Part shown: positions 29,550-43,942 of the stretch, in pieces | Position numbering within the stretch: the first letter of the stretch is position 1 | Layout: each line of letters opens with the position of its first letter | NCBI GenBank assembly: GCA_964016885.1 | Contig: OZ024750.1 | Coordinates: 7,502,001-7,566,000, forward strand | Reading direction: 5' to 3' | From: Eledone cirrhosa | Lineage: Eukaryota | Length of the DNA stretch: 64,000 nucleotides | The notes under the pieces: model-generated | The model's input: only the letters and a program-made list of their open reading frames with translations | What the model was told of the DNA's origin: nothing | Database searches by the model: none | Translations under genes and position numbers: made by a program

Positions 29550-29631
29550 TTACACATTCTGTCTTTATCTTTTTCATACACACATATTCTTTCTGTCACG
29601 CACACATATACATACATAAGTATACATACAT

Positions 29632-29672
<41 letters not shown>

Positions 29673-29698
29673 CATATTAGGATATATATATATATATA

Positions 29699-29913
29699 GT
29701 AATAATAATAAATTTGAAGACTAAAATCCAAAGAGGGCTCGATAAGGATAAATATATATCAAATATATAAGAACCGTAGAGCAAATATTTATTAAAATAA
29801 CAGATTAAAGTTTAAGAAAAGAATCGCTGCTTTCACCCTTAACGGGATCTTCAGAAGATCCCGTTAAGGGTGAAAGCAGCGATTCTTTGCTTAAACTTTA
29901 ATCTGTTATTTTA

Positions 29914-29920
<7 letters not shown>
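29699..29920. mobile_element. Palindromic HHR element centred on the CUGAAGA core (arms about 29786-29852 and 29854-29920), tail to the left
   Basis: (ct)GAAGA tccc gttaa gggt GAAA gca..tgc TT aaacttt; stem I 5' strand lost at the fold-back. Confidence 0.8.
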
Positions 29921-29951
<31 letters not shown>

Positions 29952-29955
<4 letters not shown>

Positions 29956-29988
29956 TCCACCTGATTCCTTACCACACTTCCTTCGTTA
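29952..29988 (+). mobile_element. 37-bp extreme 3' tip of family B between TA arrays
   Basis: atggtccacctgattccttaccacacttccttcgtta matches 16081-16124 and the reverse complement of 43452-43487. Confidence 0.8.
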
Positions 29989-30036
29989 TATATATATATA
30001 TGATAATAATGGAGCTGCGCGTTGCAAATGGGATAC

Positions 30037-30368
30037 ATATGAAAAAGTAAGTCCTTCATCAGTGACCCTCCAACCGTCCCAGGCATTTCATCGCTTTAAG
30101 GGCCATATACCTCAGGTTGGTGCGAACAACGGCTAAAAAAAGTCGTTGGGACAGGTAAATAAAGGGGACGTTAGGGTGAACAAACAAAATGGTTTAAGCA
30201 ACGGAAAGTAAACCATTTTGTTTGTTCACCCTAACGTCCCCTTTATTTACGTGTCCCAACGACTTTTTTTAGCCGTTGTTCGCACCAACCTGAGGTATAT
30301 GGCCCTTAAAGCGATGAAATGCCTGGGACGGTTGGAGGGTCACTGATGAAGGACTTACTTTTTCATAT
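30037..30368. mobile_element. 160-bp-arm palindrome carrying HHR 5' cores (CTGATGA at 30343-30349 on + and 30056-30062 on -)
   Basis: Arms 30037-30196 and 30209-30368, 12-nt loop, about 1 mismatch; GAAA/UH half not convincingly present. Confidence 0.85.
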
Positions 30369-30629
30369 ATATAACATTGGTTCTGGGTTGACCTGGGTAT
30401 AATGGAAAGGATTCAAATTATATATCAATCCCCGAAAATGGCGAGAGTTGTTGTACATATTATTGTTATAAAAAGGGAAACATTATTTCTGCTGAATCAC
30501 TATTTCTTGAATTTCTTGAATTCTCATTGGGATTCCTTATGCAAGGATTTTAATATAGATTAGAACAGAACATGGCGTCACGTTGACGTATATGTATTAT
30601 CGTATGTAAATTTAATGTGACTGTGTAAA

Positions 30630-30706
<77 letters not shown>

Positions 30707-30709
30707 ATA

Positions 30710-30742
<33 letters not shown>

Positions 30743-30921
30743 GTATATATGTGTATATATATATATATACATACATATATATATATGTACACATATATCT
30801 TTATATTTATAGATATATATACATATATATATGTGTATATATATAATATACACATATTATATGTATATATGTATATATATATATATATATATGTGTGTTT
30901 GCATGCAACACATGCACATGT

Positions 30922-30968
<47 letters not shown>

Positions 30969-30980
30969 TGTTTTAATGTA

Positions 30981-31108
30981 ATAAAAGGGAGATAAACACA
31001 GACATATACATATATGTGTTCAAATCGTAAGGGACCAGATTCGCTAGGGTGAAAATGGCACTAACTATGGACAATATATGTATATGTCTGTGTTTAGCTC
31101 TCTTTTAT
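30981..31108. repeat. Short inverted repeat (about 34-bp arms, about 60-bp spacer) next to (TA)n
   Basis: ataaaagggagataaacacagacatatacatata / tatatgtatatgtctgtgtttagctctcttttat. Confidence 0.75.
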
Positions 31109-31304
31109 ATTCAATTATAATATACGGCTAGGAAAAATTTCTTTCTTTGAGCTATTTTATTGTAAGAGACTATTTTGAGCTTCTAACTCAATATATTTGG
31201 TAGGTCAGGCGTGATCATCGCGATTTACGTACGACCTACCATACATCTTGCTTATATATATAGTATTTGTGTTTTGCATGACCTTTCCGAAGTATAACAA
31301 TATG

Positions 31305-31373
<69 letters not shown>

Positions 31374-31459
31374 CTGAGTTTGTGCATATTTTAGTAGAAC
31401 AAGACCCAAGTATGACTAACCAGGTATACATCAGTCCGTTATTACGAGGTTTTCAGTGT

Positions 31460-31993
31460 AAGGTGAGAGTTAGTTCTATACCAAGTGTTGTTTGTACAAG
31501 GTGAGAGTTAGACTACAGTTCCAGTTAGTTCTATACCAAGTGTTGTTTGTACAAGGTGAGAGTTAGACTTCAGTTCCAGTTAGTTCTATACCAAGTGTTG
31601 TTTGTACAAGGTGAGAGTTAGACTACAGTTCCAGTTAGTTCTATACCAAGTGTTGTTTGTACAAGGTGAGAGTTAGACTTCAGTTCCAGTTAGTTCTATA
31701 CCAAGTGTTGTTTGTACAAGGTGAGAGTTAGACTACAGTTCCAGTTAGTTCTATACCAAGTGTTGTTTGTACAAGGTGAGAGTTAGACTACAGTTCCAGT
31801 TAGTTCTATACCAAGTGTTGTTTGTACAAGGTGAGAGTTAGACTACAGTTCCAGTTAGTTCTATACCAAGTGTTGTTTGTACAAGGTGAGAGTTAGACTT
31901 CAGTTCCAGTTAGTTCTATACCAAGTGTTGTTTGTACAAGGTGAGAGTTAGACTACAGTTCCAGTTAGTTCTATACCAACTGTTATTTGTACA
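31460..31993. repeat. 55-bp minisatellite, 9 full units
   Basis: Unit gtacaaggtgagagttagact(a/t)cagttccagttagttctataccaagtgttgttt. Confidence 0.95.
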
Positions 31994-32739
31994 AACAAAA
32001 TTATATTGAATTAGGTTCTTGTTTATCCAAACACACAACACCACTCTACCACTACACTGAAAAATAACCACGCAAATAAATATATAAAAAAAAAATAAAT
32101 GTAACAAAAATAATCGAAAACCGTTTCCTACCCTGATGAGGGACAAGGAGTATACAGGTTTCTTTTATAATACATTTAATTGCTTTTCTTCGCTGAAAAC
32201 CTTTATTTTTATTATAAATAAAAAAACTATAGATAGAGAATATCCTGTAATTATTGTTGACATTAAAAACGAGCAGGTATATAGTTCTGTATTCATTGGC
32301 CGAAGAATAAACATGAAATCATAAAGGCTCATATTTCATTATTCATATAAAACACTTTCTCTTCCTCGCACTCTGTGGCAAATCTACATGAACATGCTAT
32401 CGGCTTTAATCGAAGTATTCAGATTGTTATTTTAAAGCCCTACTGATTAGAACGAAAGAAAATGTGGGTGGGAGAAAATAATGATCACGTGTCTCATATT
32501 CCTGTATTTATCTGATGCACACACACACACGTATGTATGTATGTTCTTCTGGTTTTATAATTTCACAAATTTTTACCAATAGAGAGAGAGAGTCGGTTTC
32601 TAACATAGACACAAGACTCTCTCATTGGGATTTACACAAAATCAACTAGGCAGATATGTCTGCATGTCTGCATGCATGCATGCATGTGTGTGCGTGCAGG
32701 TATGGATGTTAATCTATATATTTATCTATCTATCAATAA

Positions 32740-32825
<86 letters not shown>

Positions 32826-32829
<4 letters not shown>

Positions 32830-33523
32830 TTTTCAAATACCACTTTGGAAGAAGAATAAGGATGGAGAGAGAGGTGCTGTACCCCAGCAAGTTTTATGAA
32901 AGGTGGGTGAAAGTGGCGAGAATGGCCCGAGTGAATGAGCCTTCTCTCTATATCAGCCTGTAGGTTGAGGAAAAAGAGGAAGAGAGGAAAAGGGTACAAA
33001 CTCTTCGTACTCCTGGAGATGAGGGTTGCACATTTTATTCGGGGGTATGTGTTACCCATATACAATGTCTCCCCTAATGGGGAAATTCGATTAACTTTTA
33101 AATTACATTTGTGATAATATTTTACACGTTTTTATTGTATGTAAACTTCCCCCTTTGTATTTGTCCCCTTCTTTTGTGCCCCTGTGGCTAATAAAGAAAC
33201 ATATCTATTTATCTATTCAGCAAGTTTTATGAAAGGTGGGTGAAAGTAGCGAGAATGGCCCGTGTGAATGGGCCTTCTCTCTTTATCAGCCTGTAGGTGG
33301 AAAGGTGGAAGGTCAAAGGGGCACACCCTCTCTGTGCTCCTAAGGAAAAGGGTTGCATACTTTTTCGGGGGTGTGTGTAACCCCCAAAACGTCTCCTCCC
33401 TATTGAGGACTGTATTGTTAATTTTATATTTGTTATTTGTTTTTTACTCGTTTCTTTATGTAAACTCCTGCCCTATGTATTTGTCCCCTTCTTTTGTGCC
33501 TTCGTGGCAAATAAATAGAAACA

Positions 33524-33525
<2 letters not shown>
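32826..33525 (+). mobile_element. Two tandem Tx1/L1-like 3' fragments embedded in (TATC)n
   Basis: FFKYHFGRRIRMEREVLYPSKFYERWVKVARMARV is homologous to the 8873-9020 peptide; each fragment ends aataaa.gaaaca-tatctat. Confidence 0.75.
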
Positions 33526-33597
<72 letters not shown>

Positions 33598-33787
33598 CCT
33601 ACCTATTACTCTATTCTAACCGGTGTATTTCTCCATATACGGTATGCAATTCAATATTTGTCGAGTTTATTACCTGGAACATGTCATAAAATTTCTGCTA
33701 TTAAATGAATATATAAATAAAGTAGTTATCTTAGTTATTTGAAAATACCTGTTAATGTACCCAACAACATTTGTTATTGATAATCTA

Positions 33788-34355
33788 GTTGTTGTTGTTG
33801 TTGTTGTTACTGTTGCTACTGTTGTTGTTGTTGTTGTTGTTACTGTTGTTACTGTTGTTGTTGTTGTTAGTATTGCTACTGTTGTTGTTGTTGTTGTTAG
33901 TGCTGCTACTGTTGTTGTTGGTGGTGTTGTTGTTACTGTTGCTACTGTTGTTGTTGGTGTTATTGTTATTGTTGTTACTGTTGCTGTTGCTGCTGCTGTT
34001 GTTGTTGTTGTTACTGTTGCTGTTGTTGTGTTGTTGTTGTTGTTGTTATTGTTACTGTTGCTGCTGTTATTGTTGTTATTGTTACTGTTGCTGCTGCTGT
34101 TGTTGTTGTTGTTGTTACTGTTGCTGTTGTTGTGTTGTTGTTGTTGTTGTTGTTGTTATTGTTACTGTTGCTGCTGTTACTGTTGTTATTGTTACTGTTG
34201 CTGCTGCTGTTGTTGTTGTTGTTGTTACTGTTGCTGTTGTTGTGTTGTTGTTGTTGTTGTTGTTGTTATTGTTACTGTTGCTGCTGTTACTGTTGTTATT
34301 GTTACTGTTGCTGCTGCTGTTGTTGTTGTTGTTGTTCTTACTGTTGCTGTTGTTG

Positions 34356-34389
<34 letters not shown>

Positions 34390-34457
34390 ACTGTTGCTGC
34401 TGTTACTGTTATTGTTGCTGTTGCTGCTGTTGCTGTTATTGTTGTTACTGTCGCTGT
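33788..34457. repeat. Complex (TTG/CTG)n microsatellite with higher-order repeats
   Basis: Directly visible. Confidence 0.95.
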
Positions 34458-34764
34458 ATTATAGGTGTAGTTGTAACAACCATTTCACCCTCTACACTAT
34501 CTTAATGTTATGCTCCATATTAAATATAACAGATAGAGACATCTACAAGCTTTATAAAAAATGTCGACAGATTTCTCCGTCTATTTCAGTGCAGCAATAA
34601 ATTAAAGACACGCGTGTCGTAATGAGTTGTTACAACTTCCTCCAAAACAAAGTGACATTAATCAATTTATGCGTTTGTGTAAATGTAAAATGTAAACGTA
34701 TGTACACACAAACACAGACACAGACACTCAAACACATACACAGACATACACGCACACGTAGCCA

Positions 34765-34811
34765 TATATATATATATATATACATACACACACATACATA
34801 TATAATATGTA

Positions 34812-34862
<51 letters not shown>

Positions 34863-34891
34863 TTGTATGCATATATATATATGTATGTATG

Positions 34892-34964
<73 letters not shown>

Positions 34965-34998
34965 CAATGATATTAATAAATGGAAGCTATATTTACAA

Positions 34999-35059
<61 letters not shown>

Positions 35060-35159
35060 CACATATATATATATATATATATATATATGTATAAATATAT
35101 ATATATTATATATGTATATATATACATATATATATTTATATATATATATATATATAATT

Positions 35160-35190
<31 letters not shown>

Positions 35191-35198
35191 ATATAATT

Positions 35199-35270
<72 letters not shown>

Positions 35271-35276
35271 TGCATA

Positions 35277-35307
<31 letters not shown>

Positions 35308-35308
35308 C

Positions 35309-35385
<77 letters not shown>

Positions 35386-35420
35386 GCACACATATATATA
35401 TATGTATATATATATATAAG
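34765..35420. repeat. (TA)n-rich array; includes a 30-bp fragment (34968-35000) of the 43267 HHR family
   Basis: atattaataaatggaagctatatttacaaac matches 43228-43260. Confidence 0.9.
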
Positions 35421-36049
35421 TATGTATACGTACATACATATATGTATACATATGTACAGTAATATGTATATATATATATATACATACTACTGTACATCTG
35501 TATACATATATGTATGTACGTATACATACTTATATTTAAGTAACAGCCGTACTAATAGTGAGAAATGAAATTTCGTTTCATTTTTTCAATTTATATATAT
35601 ACATATATACACAAACACACACACACACTCACATATATATGTACATTACAGGTGTTTTACAACACAGACATAGCCCCAAAGCTAGTAGATATGTAATGAA
35701 ATCTCTCAGCCACTTTAATAGCAAGGTATGTAATAAAAATATTAATTACTTCTAGGCTGATTGGGACCAAATTTACAGGTGTTAAAATATTCCTATACGA
35801 CATGTTATATTATAAAGTATGTATAAATATTTTTTTTATTAATTTATCATTTGTCACCTACTCACTATTTGATAATTTATCGGTGTCAATTGGAATATTT
35901 CTAGGATGTCATAGATTTCTTCCAGAACATTTGTATATAAATATAAAATGGCATTCGATGAGGATTCGAAACCGTGTACATTCTCTTTATTCCTCAAGAG
36001 CGGGTCGTTATTTACTGACACATGTTATTGACACACACGTGTCTGTGTG

Positions 36050-36123
<74 letters not shown>

Positions 36124-36163
36124 CACAGTTGAAAATTGCAAACTTGACTGTCACCACAGAATA

Positions 36164-36202
36164 TGAACCTGAAGATTGCGAAAGCATGAAAGTACTTGTT
36201 CA
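36164..36202 (+). ncRNA. Minimal hammerhead ribozyme (39 nt; CUU triplet; GAAA tetraloop on stem II)
   Basis: tgaac CTGAAGA t tgc[gaaa]gca t GAAA gtac TT gttca; 5-bp stem I; palindromic gtac loop III; island lies between TA arrays (36123-36355). Confidence 0.82.
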
Positions 36203-36354
36203 ATTAACACTTAACATTTAATATTCTACCATACTATTTCATTCTAATACCATTATAAATTTTAAAGGATTGTAAATAAAACGAGTAAATCAGACAAAGT
36301 TGGAATTCCTTTTATTAATATAATCTTCTATATACAATCATATACACCCGTGTG

Positions 36355-36443
<89 letters not shown>

Positions 36444-36504
36444 AAAAAGAGAAATAAAGAGATACAAAAACAATTAGTGTTATTGAATGAAAGAGAGAAA
36501 AAAG

Positions 36505-36537
36505 TATAACGTATTGGAGTTTAGCCCTTCGTCAAGA

Positions 36538-36538
<1 letters not shown>
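36505..36538 (-). ncRNA. Decayed HHR-like motif
   Basis: Minus strand: ctc TTGACGA agggctaaactc caata cgt TA; C3 and GAAA mutated, stem I absent. Confidence 0.3.
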
Positions 36539-36583
<45 letters not shown>

Positions 36584-36652
36584 TATGAAGAGAGAAGAAA
36601 CATTTAGATATAATTAGTAATAAAATGTATCATACCTAAACTGTTCCTAAAT

Positions 36653-36740
36653 TCCTCGACTACGTAGTTTCGTGGCATAAACAAAAACAATATATCAAAG
36701 ATATAGAGTCCTTGCGAGGTCTGCCGACTTATCAAGAGGA
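36653..36740 (-). ncRNA. Hammerhead ribozyme with U3-A8 variant core, GUC triplet
   Basis: Minus strand: tcctc TTGATAA gt(c)ggca[44 nt]tgccac GAAA ctacgtag TC gagga; 5-bp stem I, 6-bp stem II, palindromic stem/loop III. Confidence 0.82.
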
Positions 36741-37473
36741 TACCTCATTTTACTAGTCTCAAGAACGCGTCTACACGACGTGAGAAAGAATCCCAAAAGG
36801 CGGAGGGGGAGATAGTCACGCGATATAACGGTCGAGAAACAGAGCTAAGCCTCTTATAACCACGAAGAAAATACCACGGAGGCGGAGGGGGTATTCATAT
36901 CGAGGCCGCAGAAGAGGTAGTGAAGAAGGCGAGAAGTATGAGTAATGGAAGCTTTCCAGTTGTCCCCACACTTCAAAGATTGCTCGACCAGAGGGAGTTA
37001 TTAATATATTTAGAAACACACAGATACATGCGGACACACACATATATACATGAATGCATCCGCACCCAACTGTGAGTTAAGGGTGCCTACTTCACCGATG
37101 TTGCTCAATGAATGACTGGGACAGACCAATTCAGTTTGAACCAGACTGAACCAGTATCAGAGTTAAAAATACATTATATATATATGGAGAAAGAGAGAGA
37201 GAGAAAGAGAGAGAGAGGGAGAGAGAAGGGGATAGATAGATAGATAGATAGATAGAAGGATAGATATATCTGCGTGCCCGGATGTGTGTATGTGTGTGTG
37301 TGTGTGTGTGTGTCAGGCTGTACATGTAAGTATGTTAGTGATCTTTAGTTCTCAGATGTTGATAAAATCGAGAAATCTAAAGAAGAAAAAGCATTTAAAA
37401 CTTAAAATGTATGAATTTCCTACACCACATACTCTAAATAATGGGTACTCCTGGGGTTGTTTCCTTTACTAGA

Positions 37474-37764
<291 letters not shown>

Positions 37765-37804
37765 CAGATGTGAGAAAAACCACAGACCCTCCATCTCAAC
37801 TCAC

Positions 37805-37843
37805 CTTTTGAAAAGCAGAAGAACTGCGAAACCGGTAAAGTAA
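37805..37843 (+). ncRNA. Hammerhead ribozyme, family C, U3-A8 core, GUA triplet (element 37763-37914)
   Basis: ctt TTGAAAA gcag[aagaa]ctgc GAAA ccgg TA aagtaa; palindromic ccgg loop III. Confidence 0.78.
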
Positions 37844-37911
37844 CCAAATAAATATATATATTTAAAAAAAAAAATAAGACTTCAGTTGCATTTTCGATTT
37901 CATCCCTTTTT

Positions 37912-37994
<83 letters not shown>

Positions 37995-38114
37995 CTGTGT
38001 GTGTGTGTGTGTACATATACTCATATATGTAATTTATTTGGGAAAACGGAAAAGAGATAACAGATGAATATTGAATACTTTTGGCTAAATAACCAAAAGT
38101 ATAAATTAGAAACA

Positions 38115-38150
<36 letters not shown>

Positions 38151-38233
38151 TCATATATAACTATGGTTTTAGAATTAAACGAATGTGTTTTTCTAGTTAA
38201 ACATTCTGAACCACAAAGTATACAAAAATGTGC

Positions 38234-38282
<49 letters not shown>

Positions 38283-38315
38283 TATATCTATACATATTTA
38301 TATATATACACACAC

Positions 38316-38348
<33 letters not shown>

Positions 38349-38371
38349 CATACATACATATATATATATAC

Positions 38372-38477
<106 letters not shown>

Positions 38478-39008
38478 TACATATATTCATATATATATAT
38501 ATGCATATATGTATATATGAGTGTGTATGTATATAATTCAGTCTTTCACAGGAAATATATGTGTGATGTGAGTTTTTAACAACTTAAATAAATATACCCT
38601 GAATCACAGTTTTATATTTATAGATTTAGATAATTTTAAAAATATTTTAATTTCCATAAAATTTATTAAATAAATTCTTTTTTAATTGATATTGAAATAT
38701 TTTTTAATTAAATCCATTTGCACTTTCATCACGTGATCTAATACACTGTTTGAGGTAGATTTACATCTACACACACACACAGATACACAGAGATACACAG
38801 AGATACACAGAGATACATACACACACACAAACACACACACACACACACACAGACACATATATATATATATAGTTATATATACACGCAAACTTACATATGA
38901 GTAGGCATTACAATCTATATTATGATATGCTATGTATAAAAAATATATACAACGATATATATATGGATATGTATATATAAATGTATATATCATACATATC
39001 TATATATC

Positions 39009-39116
<108 letters not shown>

Positions 39117-39423
39117 CATATATATATACATACATATATATATAGATGTATATATATATATATGTATGTGTGTGTGTACGTTAGTTGAGGATTGAAATAC
39201 GAGTGTAGATAAAGCATTTAAACGCTAAATGAATGAGTACTCAATACATATAGCCAGGGTGTAACATCTATTTTCTGAAGAGAAATGTGTGTCAGTGACT
39301 TCGAAGTTTCAGCCATTGTTTTGAGTTCTACCCTGACCCGCGGATTCTAGGTCTCCTTTTCCCACATATGTGTGCGCATACAACATACAACGTACAGATT
39401 CACACATGCAATGATATTCATAC

Positions 39424-39545
<122 letters not shown>

Positions 39546-39762
39546 ACACACACACACACACACACACAGAGACACACACACACACACACACACAAAGCAC
39601 GTACAGAAATATATAATTACTTAGCTGACGTCTAAATTTCTACGAAAAGCTTTTATTCTGGGTTAGAAACCGGCTCTCTCTCTCTCTCTGTTGGTAAGAA
39701 ATACATTGAAGAAAATTAAAACTACGAACTATACATACATGCGTGTGTTTTTGTGTATATAT

Positions 39763-39802
<40 letters not shown>

Positions 39803-39812
39803 CACTTATATA

Positions 39813-39848
<36 letters not shown>

Positions 39849-39849
<1 letters not shown>

Positions 39850-40274
39850 GGATTAACAAATAATAGTTAAATGCAGTCCACTTAGGTGAAGTCCAGTTAT
39901 GGTATTCCAGGTAGTGGATGATATTAACGCTTGGCTTGGTTTGACTCAACAAGGCGTTTTAATAGTGATGCTGCGGGTATGCTGTAATTCCTATGTTGTA
40001 AACACTTGGAGTAATAATAAATCAGGAAAGAAGGTTTACATGGTTTGCTATACAAAAAAGTTTTTAATCACATAGCTTACATTTGTTTCACTGAACTGGT
40101 ATGTCTAGAGATCGCTATCCGCTTACTGGTTATAATTCTGTATTGGCGATCGAGTAACGCAAAATTAAGCGGATAGCGATCTCTAGACATACCAGTTCAG
40201 TGAAACAAATGTAGGCTATGTGATTAAAAACTTTTTTGTATAGCAAACCATGTAAACCTTCTTTCCTGATTTAT
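39849..40274. mobile_element. Asymmetric palindrome (arms 40017-40125 and 40166-40274) with HHR 3' half GAAA-caaatg-TA; tail to the left
   Basis: About 1 mismatch between arms; both ends abut (TA)n. Confidence 0.85.
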
Positions 40275-40319
40275 ATATATATATATATGTATGCATATAT
40301 ATACACACGTATATATATG

Positions 40320-40378
<59 letters not shown>

Positions 40379-41248
40379 GTGAATATATATATATATATAT
40401 TATATATATATATATATATACATACACGCATATATATATATATGTAAATTTATGTATATGTATGTAGGTGTTAAAATCATTTTCTTCTTCAGTCCTGAAG
40501 CTATGACGTCATCTTACACTTTTCAGAGCCCAGATAACAAGATACTATTAAATTCCAGAACCAACATTTAAAGTGACATTTTTGACGTCTTCATAGAAAC
40601 ATTTCAAATTCCTTCAGGCCGAATAATTTACGTATAATTGGAGAAACTGGAGCGATGAATTAATGGTCTTGTCTGTTACACTGAACTTCTAATGGTTTTG
40701 TCTTTTGCACTGACCTATCTAAGAAACGACCTCATTTTTGATATTATCAAGGATCGAACTGTTATGGTATTCAGTCAACCTTCCAACAATTCCATGATCG
40801 GATACTACAAGTTAGTGCATAATCTCGCTAAACTGTTTGTGGACTATATATATATATATATAGTTAAAAAGAAGCCCGTCGTACGGCCATAACTTTCGAA
40901 TATGAATTCAAAATAGGCGGCACACAGGACAAACGACAATGCCAAATACAACAGAAAAACGGACAATTCCATCTCCTCAGTCAACCTCTTGAAATAACTA
41001 CAGTTTCAGTGTATACTATCTGTCCTAGGCTAATATTTTGAGCTTGTTTCCACCTCTTCCTTTCATTTCCAGCACATTTTTTTGTAGCAAACTTTATTCT
41101 ATGTTGAATAGTTGATGTCGTTGGTTGTTGTCTGAGGCAATGTTTTCACCAGCAATTTGGCAGGAGACAGCTAAGATGTACACCAATCCAGAGGTGTAAA
41201 GTCTGCCTCTTCCTTCAACTTCCCCATTCTTTCATTATTTAATTTTCT

Positions 41249-41436
41249 GGATTGGCAGTATCGGTAGAGGGTCTGACGCCATGCTTTGCAGCAAAGAGTT
41301 ACGACCCTTTATGATCTGAGTTCAAATCCTGCCGAGGTTAACTTTGCCTTTCATCCTTACGGAGTCGATAAAATAAAGTACCAGTAATGCACTGGAATAA
41401 TTGCTAGCCTTGTGCCAAAAAGTAGAAACAATTATT
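41249..41436 (+). mobile_element. Young tRNA-SINE, near full length
   Basis: A/B boxes, core and tail. Confidence 0.93.
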
Positions 41437-42022
41437 TAATTTTCCTTATTCTCATTAAAAACAGCCACATCATTGTATACGTCAGTTAAGCGTTCTCGTA
41501 ATTCTGTTCTGTTAAACATGATGGATGCTTGCTATATGTTGAGAATATATGAATGGTTTTAGTTACAGGAATACATAAACATCACTCAAAACAACTTATC
41601 GAGCTGCATCTATCATATCTGGCAAATGATGTTGGACATATTACATAAGCTGCCTATTCAATTACGGATTTCACTCTAGAGTGAAATTTCATTGCTAGTG
41701 TATCTAACGTAACTCTCGGCCACAGAAACCTCCAACTAAATACACGAAACTGATAAGGTGATGAATTGATAAGGTGATCTTTAGAGCTTCAGAAAACTTG
41801 CGGTATATATAACGTTTCTTTGTACTCAGAGTTCAAATCTCACTGAGTTCTTCATTGATTTTCATCCTTTTGGGATCTATAAAAATGTACCAGCCCAATG
41901 CTAGTGTAGCCCCCATTCCTTCCAGGCTGTCACACCCTTAAATACCTAATAAACCTTTGTTCGTACTGCCTCTCTGTTTTGTTCCCGTTCCATTTTTCAC
42001 TATATATATATTTTATTATTAT

Positions 42023-42084
<62 letters not shown>

Positions 42085-42909
42085 GAGCGCAAGCATGGCT
42101 TATCATCCGAACCATCATCATCATCCTCATCATCTTCATCTCAACTGAAATAACAATTATCCAATAATTAGGTTTATCATTTGATCGATAAGAAATTTAC
42201 GTTTCGCTTTTGTTTATATTCTTCTTCATATTTTCTTAGCGACTGTATTATCACCATTTGACAAACTATTTAACTGACTCAAACAATCTACTTATAACAT
42301 ACACAAGTATTCTGCTTCAGTTTCATTGCGAGACATCGTTTGCTTATCATTGTGGTCGCAATCTGAACAGTGTTTAAGATGTGTCTTGTATACACACACC
42401 TTACTGTTTATTTATCATCTATATTGACTGCTTTCCGTGTCATGTCATGTTCTCGTATATGGTGTCAGCTGAGTGTTTGTTCTGTTAACGTAGATAGGAG
42501 AGTGTTAGAAAGACAAGGGAGATAACTGGAGGTAGGAAGTAGTGGGCAGTGGTGGTGGTGGTGGTGGTGGTGGGAAAAGGAGATAAGGATAATGATGAGA
42601 GAACGTTAGAAGTGAAGAGATTTCAGATTTGAGATTTTCATTCATTGCAATTGAAAAAGAAGCTAGTTTACTGACTCTTACTGATTGTTTAATTTCTCCC
42701 CCTCTCTCTATTTCTCTCTTTTTCTCTCTCTCTGTATATATATATATATGTATGTATGTATATATATATATGTATAGAACCTTACTTCCCTTTTCTAATA
42801 TATATATATGCTTATACATACACAGACACACATACATTCACGGACACATATACATCTATATCTATATATCAATATCACCATGATATATATATATATATAG
42901 ATAGATATA

Positions 42910-42945
<36 letters not shown>

Positions 42946-43045
42946 GAGGTTATATTAAATTTGTTGGGATTCAACAAGCTTAAACATTTTTATAACTGAT
43001 ATAAAGCACTCAACAGTTTGTGGAGTAAATATACAATATATTAAT

Positions 43046-43223
43046 TGTTTCTACTTTTGGCACAAGGCCAGCAATTATCCAGTGCATTACTGGTACTTTA
43101 TTTTATCGACCCCGTAAGGATGAAAGGCAAAGTCAACCTCGGCGGGATTTGAACTCAGATCGTAAAGGGACGTAACTATGCTGGAAAGCATGGCGTCCGA
43201 CTCTCTACCGATACTGCCAATCC
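43046..43223 (-). mobile_element. Young SINE with 13-bp TSD acaatatattaat, inserted in the tail of an HHR element
   Basis: TSD at 43033-43045 and 43224-43236. Confidence 0.93.
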
Positions 43224-43266
43224 ACAATATATTAATAAATGGAAACTATATTTATAAAACCATAAT

Positions 43267-43332
43267 TATTTTATTATATATATTTCAAGGGCGACCAAGG
43301 TAAATTATGGTGCGCTTTCATCAGATAAAATA
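43267..43332 (-). ncRNA. Hammerhead ribozyme (intact core, AUA triplet); element spans about 42942-43352
   Basis: Minus strand: tattttat CTGATGA aag cgcacca..tggtcgcc ctt GAAA tatata TA ataaaata; 8-bp stem I plus distal extension. Confidence 0.88.
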
Positions 43333-43371
43333 CAGATTTGTTTTATAAATAAATATTGACATACCCGGAAA

Positions 43372-43415
43372 AAAGACAGCCTCAACGGTTAGCGAACTCC
43401 AATCGTTGAGGCTGT

Positions 43416-43419
<4 letters not shown>
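43372..43419. repeat. Hairpin (16-19 bp arms) abutting (TA)n
   Basis: aaagacagcctcaacg..cgttgaggctgtcttt. Confidence 0.8.
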
Positions 43420-43451
<32 letters not shown>

Positions 43452-43453
<2 letters not shown>

Positions 43454-43658
43454 CGAAGGAAATGTGGTAAGGAACCAGATGGACCATAACGCACCAAAGT
43501 ACTCAATACTTAGGGAAGTAGAGAGGGTAATAGGAACAAGTAGGACCCCGACGGCTGAGCTCAAGCCGTTTCGACGGCTAATTCTGGACTAAAATTTAGT
43601 CCAGAATTAGCCGTCGAAACGGCTTGAGCTCAGCCGTTGGGGTCCTACTCGTTCCTAT
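43452..43658 (-). mobile_element. Family B element: near-perfect palindrome 43530-43658 (1-nt loop) plus tail
   Basis: GAA-ACGGCT-tgagctc-AGCCGT-C-ggggtcc is a 6-bp stem III with GUC; GTATTGAGTACT at 43498-43509 on -. Confidence 0.88.
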
Positions 43659-43716
43659 ATATATATATATATATATATATATGTGCATATATATATGTAT
43701 GTATGTGCAGAGAGAA

Positions 43717-43755
<39 letters not shown>

Positions 43756-43785
43756 TAGATAGATAGAGCGAGAGAGAGAGAGAGT

Positions 43786-43821
<36 letters not shown>

Positions 43822-43895
43822 TAGTGACAGAAGCCAGCAAAATGGCGCTGGGAATTCTTTGGGATTACTTTCAACAATTGTCGTTCATTAGATTG

Positions 43896-43942
<47 letters not shown>

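Noticed and set aside
31460-31993. CRISPR-like array
   Set aside because: No unique spacers; eukaryotic minisatellite
39275-39310. CTGAAGA gaa..ttc GAAG
   Set aside because: No matching stem I or UH
41249-41340. tRNA genes at A/B-box motifs
   Set aside because: These are SINE heads followed by core and tail, with no complete cloverleaf
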